Shown here one piece after another: positions 58,279 through 64,000 of a DNA stretch of 64,000 nucleotides (the stretch's first letter is position 1; the number at the start of each line of letters is the position of its first letter). This stretch comes from Candidatus Moraniibacteriota bacterium (GTDB taxonomy: Bacteria; Patescibacteriota; Minisyncoccia; Moranbacterales; UBA2206). The position numbers and the translations under genes are program-made. The notes beneath the pieces were generated by a model. That model made no database searches and was not told the origin of the DNA. It was given only the letters and a program-made list of their open reading frames with translations. The DNA is taken from contig DMWY01000008.1 of the NCBI GenBank assembly GCA_003483065.1, positions 2,177 through 66,176 on the forward strand, written 5' to 3'.

Positions 58279-59068
58279 ATGAACAATAATGTTTTTGAAG
58301 AAATAAAAAGAATTAATGAATATCAAAGTGAATATTGGTCGTCTCGTGATTTGGCTAAAGTGTTGGGTTATTCCAGCTACGATAAATTCCTAAATGTTAT
58401 TAATAAAGCCAAAGAAGCATGTGAAAATAGTGGTCAAGTTATCCACAACCATTTTTCCCATATGGACGAAATGGTTGAAATAGGTTCAGGCGCAAAAAGA
58501 GCAATTGATACAGTATATTTATCTCGTTATGCGTGTTATTTGATTATCCAAAATTCCGATCCATCCAAAGAAGTGGTTGCTTTGGGTCAAACATATTTCG
58601 CGATTCAAACTCGAAGACAAGAAAAATCAGATCAGTTAATAGAGGATAATAAAAGATTACATTTGCGTAGTGAAATAAAAACTCACAACACATCCTTAGC
58701 TGAAGCCGCGGAAAATGCGGGAGTTAGCAATTATGGAAAATTTCAAAATTATGGATATAGGGGATTGTATGGGGGGGCTGGACGCAAATGATATTCACAA
58801 AAAGAAAGGTTTAAAAAAATCTCAAAAAATACTTGATCATATGGGGAGCGAAGAATTGGCAGCTAACTTATTTCGCGCCACTCAAGCTGATGCAAAATTA
58901 CGCAGAGAAAAAATCCAAGGCGAAATTAACGCAAATTTGACGCATTTTCATGTCGGGCAAAAAGTTCGGCGTACAATTGAAGAATTGGGCGGAACAATGC
59001 CTGAAGAACTACCATCAGCAGATGGAATATCTGAGGCGAGGACTAGAATAAAAAAGATTAAAAATTAA
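58279..59068 (+). pseudogene. dinD: DinD-like (DNA-damage-inducible protein D / Bro-N family) gene disrupted by a frameshift at a G7 tract
   Basis: N-terminal frame (58279-58791) FEEIKRINEYQSEYWSSRDLAKVLGY ... GDPSKEVVALGQTYFAIQTR and C-terminal frame (58715-59068) ...GSEELAANLFRATQADAKLRREKIQGE... are two halves of one DinD-like protein. Deleting one G in GGGGGGG (58771-58777) joins them. Confidence 0.65.
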
Positions 59069-59114
59069 AAATTCTAAACCCATCAAATTCGACGGGTTTA
59101 ATAAAAATAATTTT

Positions 59115-59726
59115 TCATTCCTCCCACTCCAGCATTTTTCCAATTCTTGATTCCATGCGGTCGGCTTTTTGGAGATACATTATTTGCTTGCGATTCAAAA
59201 TAGGGGAGTGCTTAACGTCGGCCAGATATTCGGGGATATAGAAGATTTCTTCCTCGGTGGTCATCCAATCAAGATGATCAAAACGTTTCAAATTTATCGG
59301 AGCGGAAAAACTGCGCAGACTTTTTCGACCAGTAGTGTCAAAATATTCATGGAAATAGCTCATGGCCAATTCGCGAATGGAAGAATAGACCGGTTCGCGA
59401 TAGCGTAGAAAAACATGATTAGTTTTGGAAATGGCACCCCATTTGCCATATTTTTTGAAAACCGCCACGACATGATCAAAATCAGTTTTACTGGCCATAA
59501 GATCCAAAAGTAGGGGAGGTTGGCCATTGATGCGAAGAGCCAGCGCGGCCAGTGTGGCGCCTTCGATGCAGTGACAAACTTTTTTGTCGAGAACTGTCAT
59601 CGGCGAAAAACAAGTGTCGCCAGATTTTTCTAAATTCATTGGCATTGAATTCAAAAAAAGCTGAATCTTTTTGGGATCATCGAGGGCTTTCAAGATTTTC
59701 AATTTTTCTTTAGGAATGCCAAACAT
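59115..59726 (-). CDS. Hypothetical protein with possible Cys/His/Asp catalytic residues
   Basis: CHCIEGATLAALALR ... FDHVVAV pattern; family unassigned. Confidence 0.3.
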   Translation of the reverse strand: MFGIPKEKLKILKALDDPKKIQLFLNSMPMNLEKSGDTCFSPMTVLDKKVCHCIEGATLAALALRINGQPPLLLDLMASKTDFDHVVAVFKKYGKWGAISKTNHVFLRYREPVYSSIRELAMSYFHEYFDTTGRKSLRSFSAPINLKRFDHLDWMTTEEEIFYIPEYLADVKHSPILNRKQIMYLQKADRMESRIGKMLEWEE

Positions 59727-59728
59727 TT

Positions 59729-60685
59729 TTATTTAGCTAAAATAAAATTAAAAAGATAGCCAGTGAAAATTATTCCTGTGCCAACGACAGAGGCAAAAAT
59801 TAAAATTAATTTTATTTTCATTACTTTTCTAAGAATCATAAACTCAGGAAATGACAATCCGGTGACAGCCATCATAAAAGCCAGGCTCGTGCCAATGCTC
59901 ACACCTTTTTCGCTGAGTACGCCAACTAGTGGAATCACGCCAGCCGCGTTGGAATAGAGGGGAATTCCTAAAAGTACAGCCAAAGGCACGGCGTACCACT
60001 GGTTAGCGCCGGCGTATTGCGCGAGAAAATCCGTGGGCACATAGCCATGAATGATGGCTCCAATCCCAACGCCGATAATTATATAAACCCAAATGTTTTT
60101 TATAATCCCAAAAGTATAATTTTTGGCATAAACGGTTCTTTGTTTCCAAGAAAGCTCTGATAATTTTATCTGATTGGCAGTTTTATTTTTCTCCCCAAAA
60201 TTTTTCAATAAATTTTCTACTTTTAGTTTGCCAATAATAATTCCGGAAAAAATTGCAATGAGAAGTCCGCTTGTGACATAAAGCAGAGCAATTTTCCAAC
60301 CAAACATCCCGAGAAGCATTATCAGTGCCACTTCATTTATCATGGGTGAGGCGACTAAAAAAGAAAAAGTGGTGCCCAGTGGCACGCCGGCTTCCAAAAA
60401 ACCAAGGAACAGCGGAATGGCTGAACAAGTGCAAAAAGGAGTAATGATGCCAAAAAGTGATGCCAAGATATTGCCAAAATATTTTTTCTCTTGCGAGAGA
60501 ATCTTTCTGATTTTTTCCGGCGGGAGATATGAGCGCAGAAGAGACACGAAAAAAATAATGACGATTAATAACAAAAATATTTTAATTGTGTCATAAATGA
60601 AAAAATTAACCGCTTCAGCAAGAAGTGTTTCCGGGGTAATCTTAAAGATTGAATAAGTGAGCCAATCAGCAAAAATTTTTAGCAT
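59729..60685 (-). CDS. Putative permease of the DUF318/YraQ-like family
   Basis: Polytopic membrane protein with the conserved ITPFCTCSAIPLFLGF motif typical of this family. Confidence 0.6.
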   Translation of the reverse strand: MLKIFADWLTYSIFKITPETLLAEAVNFFIYDTIKIFLLLIVIIFFVSLLRSYLPPEKIRKILSQEKKYFGNILASLFGIITPFCTCSAIPLFLGFLEAGVPLGTTFSFLVASPMINEVALIMLLGMFGWKIALLYVTSGLLIAIFSGIIIGKLKVENLLKNFGEKNKTANQIKLSELSWKQRTVYAKNYTFGIIKNIWVYIIIGVGIGAIIHGYVPTDFLAQYAGANQWYAVPLAVLLGIPLYSNAAGVIPLVGVLSEKGVSIGTSLAFMMAVTGLSFPEFMILRKVMKIKLILIFASVVGTGIIFTGYLFNFILAK

Positions 60686-60689
60686 AAAA

Positions 60690-61967
60690 TTATTTTAATA
60701 ATTCAGCGAAATTATTTTTAGTTTCTTCAAAAAGTTTAATTTGCTCTCCGACGATTGGTTCGCCTTTAGGCAAGTCGAGTTTTAGGGGATTAACAGGGGA
60801 GCCATTGAGTTTTACTCCATAATCCAGATGCGGTCCAGTCGACCAACCGGTCGAACCAACATAGCCAATGATTTGCCCGCGACTAACATGCATACCTGAA
60901 CGCAAACCCTTGGCATAGGCGCTCAAATGTCCATAGTGGGAAGTATAGCCATTGTCGTGAATCAAGCGAATGATATTGCCCCAGCCATTTTCCCATCCAG
61001 CGCTGGCGACTGTGCCGTTGGCGGAGGCGACCACAGGTGTACCAGTCGGCGCGGCGTAGTCAATTTGATAGTGGGCGGAAACTTTTCGGGTGATTGGATG
61101 CATGCGCGCTCCCGTAAAGCCGGAAGAGATATGGCGATAGCTCAGTGGAGCTTTCAGAAATTGTCGCTCAAGTAGCCGACCTTCGGCGTCATAGTATCCA
61201 CCTTTGCCACCATTATCAAAATAGTAGGCGAAATAGCTAGTGCCGGAGTTAATAAATTTTGCGCCCAAAACTTTTCCGTCGGGCGCAACATCCCCGTCTC
61301 TCAATCGTTTCTCATAAACAATTACAAACTCATCATCTTTTTGAATTTCAGTGGTAAAGTCAATGTCGAAAGAAAAAATATCACCTACTTCCAAAACAGT
61401 GGCTTCTTGCAATCCCGCCTCCATGGCGTCGACATAAAAAAAGTTTTCAATTTTTCCTCGCGCAATACTTTGAGAAATTTCATAGGAAATTTTTTCTTCA
61501 CGCGCGCTAAACTCATCGTCTTTTCGTTCCACAATAATTAGTGCTTCATTATTTCTGTCATATTCAATGCGCTTAGTTTTTTCCTCCTCACCAAAATAGA
61601 AACGCAGTTTTTGGCCAATCTTAATATTGGTGAAATTATAAACATCTTTAGAGGCATCTAAAAGTGACACCACATCATTGGCATCCAGCTTTCCGTTTGA
61701 CTGGAAAACTTCAGCTGGAATGTCGCCAGTCGAGACTGTATATTCCACCACGCGATCAGTGTTTTTTTTCGTCTCAGCCTGCGTGGGTATCTCAGTTTGT
61801 GTAGAAATTTCTTTAGCCGATTCTTTTTCAACGAAGATGATGTTTTTTAGCCAGACGGTTCCTTTGAAAAGCACAAAAATAATAAGCAAAAAAAACAAGC
61901 CCACAAAAAGTTTTCTTCGGGTGCTATATTTTTTTACTCGCAAGTTTTGTCGCTCTCGTATTTCCAT
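60690..61967 (-). CDS. Membrane-anchored M23-family peptidoglycan endopeptidase
   Basis: M23/LytM motifs HYQIDYAAPTGTPV ... GWGNIIRLIH ... SHYGHLS ... GYVGSTGWSTGPHLDY. N-terminal TM. Confidence 0.85.
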   Translation of the reverse strand: MEIRERQNLRVKKYSTRRKLFVGLFFLLIIFVLFKGTVWLKNIIFVEKESAKEISTQTEIPTQAETKKNTDRVVEYTVSTGDIPAEVFQSNGKLDANDVVSLLDASKDVYNFTNIKIGQKLRFYFGEEEKTKRIEYDRNNEALIIVERKDDEFSAREEKISYEISQSIARGKIENFFYVDAMEAGLQEATVLEVGDIFSFDIDFTTEIQKDDEFVIVYEKRLRDGDVAPDGKVLGAKFINSGTSYFAYYFDNGGKGGYYDAEGRLLERQFLKAPLSYRHISSGFTGARMHPITRKVSAHYQIDYAAPTGTPVVASANGTVASAGWENGWGNIIRLIHDNGYTSHYGHLSAYAKGLRSGMHVSRGQIIGYVGSTGWSTGPHLDYGVKLNGSPVNPLKLDLPKGEPIVGEQIKLFEETKNNFAELLK

Positions 61968-62038
61968 AAATCTAATTATATCATAGCCACAAAAAAACCG
62001 CCCCTTGCAGGGCGGTTTAGTTTAAATACTAAAAAGTA

Positions 62039-62239
62039 TTAGATCTTTGATACGTTGACAGCGCATGGTCCTTTTGGGCTTTCGCTTACTTCGAACTGTA
62101 CCTTGTCACCTTCTCGCAGTTCTTCAAAGGTTACACCTTGAAGTTCTTTTGAATGAAAGAAAAGATCTTTGTCATTTCCTTCTCGGGAAATGAATCCAAA
62201 TCCTCGATCAGTCAATTTTTTGATTGTTCCTTGTTCCAT
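62039..62239 (-). CDS. cspA: Cold-shock protein (CspA family)
   Basis: RNP-1 KGFGFI (here RGFGFIS) and RNP-2-like FFHSKEL motifs; 66 aa. Terminator at 61995-62018 on the minus strand. Confidence 0.9.
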   Translation of the reverse strand: MEQGTIKKLTDRGFGFISREGNDKDLFFHSKELQGVTFEELREGDKVQFEVSESPKGPCAVNVSKI

Positions 62240-62362
62240 TGTGATAGAGATATAGGTTATTTAAATTGTTCCACTAGAGGCTTTGCAAAAAAGTTCGACG
62301 ATTCTTCTAACTGCAGGCTTATTGGGACTTGTAGACTAGTATACGCCTCTTTTTTGATTTTG

Positions 62363-63622
62363 TCAATGGCTGTGGGAACTGGATTTTCCAGCTGAATATC
62401 CCGTAGTCCAAGCGATTTGGAGGTTGTATCCGCCGGTTGGTCCGTCGAGATCCAATACTTCTCCAGCGATAAATAAATTAGAAATAATTTTTGAGCGCAT
62501 AGTTTTGTTTTCTACTTCCTTGAGGCTCACTCCGCCGGAAGTTATCATGGCTGATTCAAAATCCAAAAGTGAATCGACACTCAGACGAATGTTTTTCAAA
62601 AGCTTAGCTAAGTTATTGCGATGAGTTTTGCCAAGAGAATAAATTTTTCGGTCGGTTTCAAGCTTAGAAAGTTCTAAAATTGTGAGAGCTAATTTTTGCG
62701 AAAAATATTCAGCCAGATAATTTTTCAAATCTTTTTTCTTATATTCTTCAAAATCTATTTTCAATTTTTCTTCTAGTACATTTTGTGTGAAAGTGGGGAA
62801 GAGGTCAAGTTCCAAAAAGATTTCACCTTTGGAAATATTTTGACTAACATATTTGCTGGCGTTAATAACGGCTGGTCCGGAAAGGCCAAAATGAGTGAAA
62901 AGAATTTCTCCAGTTATTTCGAATATTTTTTTGTCTTGTTGTAATATTTTTATCCCGACATTTGGAAGGCTCACTCCCGGCAACTCCTTGACCCAGCGTT
63001 CTTTTATTTTTATAGGCGTTAGTGCCGGAGCAGGAGAAATGATAGTGTGTCCCATTTTTTCAAGCCATGCATATCCATCGCCAATCGAACCAGTGGTGGG
63101 AAAAGATTTTCCGCCAGTAGAAAGAATGAAATTTTTGGCATAGATTTTTCGCTCAGCTGTTTTGACGTAGACTATTTTTGCATTCTCAAGTTCAAAATCC
63201 AAAACATTTTGATTGAGTTTCACTACCACTCCATTTTTTTTCAAACTTTTTTTCAAGGCATCTAGCACATCTTGCGCTTTGTCGCTCTCGGGGAAAACTC
63301 GGCCGTCTTTTTCAGTTTTTAGTTTGAGCTCCAATCTCGCAAAAAATTCTTGCGTTTCGCGCGGACCAAAAATAGCCAAACCAGAAAAAAGAAACTTACC
63401 ACTTTTGCCAAGTTTTTCCACAAACTCTCGATTGGAAAAATTAGCCTGCGTGAGGTTGCACCGGCCATTGCCAGTCAAAAGCAATTTTTTCCCTATCGTA
63501 GAATTCTTCTCAATGATGGCTACTTTTTCGCCATTTTCGCTCGCCAGAATCCCCGCCATCATCCCAGACGCTCCACCTCCAATAATTACAACATCAAATT
63601 TTTCTTCTTTTAGATTATTCAT
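62363..63622 (-). CDS. FAD-dependent flavoprotein of the HI0933/BaiN-like family
   Basis: N-terminal dinucleotide fold FDVVIIGGGASGMMAGILA. Family-typical length and C-terminal GGYNLQIAWTTGYSAG. Confidence 0.8.
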   Translation of the reverse strand: MNNLKEEKFDVVIIGGGASGMMAGILASENGEKVAIIEKNSTIGKKLLLTGNGRCNLTQANFSNREFVEKLGKSGKFLFSGLAIFGPRETQEFFARLELKLKTEKDGRVFPESDKAQDVLDALKKSLKKNGVVVKLNQNVLDFELENAKIVYVKTAERKIYAKNFILSTGGKSFPTTGSIGDGYAWLEKMGHTIISPAPALTPIKIKERWVKELPGVSLPNVGIKILQQDKKIFEITGEILFTHFGLSGPAVINASKYVSQNISKGEIFLELDLFPTFTQNVLEEKLKIDFEEYKKKDLKNYLAEYFSQKLALTILELSKLETDRKIYSLGKTHRNNLAKLLKNIRLSVDSLLDFESAMITSGGVSLKEVENKTMRSKIISNLFIAGEVLDLDGPTGGYNLQIAWTTGYSAGKSSSHSH

Positions 63623-63696
63623 AATAATTTCATCCTAGCATTGTTTGGAATTTTTTCCTATGCTTTTGATTTATTGAGAAAAAAAGAATGCTGAAT

Positions 63697-64000
63697 TCAA
63701 GCTACTAACGCAAATTTCTGATTATTAATTAGTTCGTAAAATTTTTCAGCAGGCGTATAATACCCCAAAGTTTTTCTAGGCCTAGCATTTAGTTTGTTTT
63801 CAACTTCTTTAATTCTTTTAACACTTACTTCTTTGAAATCAGTTCCTTTAGGAAAATATTGACGAATTAATCCGTTAGTATTTTCATTGGTGCCTCTCTG
63901 CCAAGGACTATGCGGATCAGCAAAGAAAACTTTGATTTTAGTTTCTTTGGTAAAAAGTTTATGCTGAGACATTTCACTACCACGATCATAAGTTAAGCTT
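63697..64000 (-). mobile_element. Partial IS30-family transposase gene (C-terminal portion; continues beyond the window edge)
   Basis: ADPHSPWQRGTNENTNGLIRQYFPKGTDF is the IS30 DDE-domain C-terminal signature. The ORF runs off the right end of the window. Confidence 0.7.

Overview
This is an AT-rich (roughly one-third GC) bacterial chromosomal segment. Most genes lack a clear Shine-Dalgarno sequence. Gene content resembles a small-genome lineage, possibly Patescibacteria/CPR-like, but that assignment is low confidence. The window holds several recognisable blocks. In order: a signal-transduction cluster (PAS sensor, Cache/HAMP sensor, large histidine kinase, two stand-alone receivers); a dnaG-rpoD operon; an aromatic amino-acid block (pheA-like, tyrA with a chorismate-mutase-like C-terminus, aminotransferase); a copper operon (csoR, an HMA-membrane-cupredoxin fusion, copA); an ABC exporter pair; a Dcm methyltransferase with a candidate cognate endonuclease; uppP; a purD gene split by an IS element; and a second two-component pair next to a type IV pilus cluster (pilB, pilC, pilin-like genes, pilM/N/O). 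Further right: a minus-strand tRNA operon (Arg-Lys-His, a small zinc-ribbon ORF, Arg); vanW, hsp20, a PrsW-like protease and tsaD; an ECF sigma factor with a probable anti-sigma; a roughly 8.5-kb accessory island (about 50.6-59.1 kb); and finally an M23 peptidase, cspA, a flavoprotein and a partial IS30 transposase at the edge. The island is built from promoter-gene-terminator cassettes, three of which share one near-identical promoter module. It encodes two GIY-YIG nucleases, Bro-N, KilA-N, NYN, a phosphoesterase, an AbrB-like protein, a DpnI-like methyl-directed endonuclease, a KAP-family NTPase and a frameshifted dinD-like gene, with tRNA-Glu embedded. The most interesting non-coding structures are three MITE-like elements with GGACTTACGCATTT-type termini directly upstream of rpoD, tyrA and a response regulator; two paralogous small-ORF/sRNA modules; and a family of TGTCAT-hairpin-ATCTA repeats. 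No CRISPR array or rRNA gene is present.
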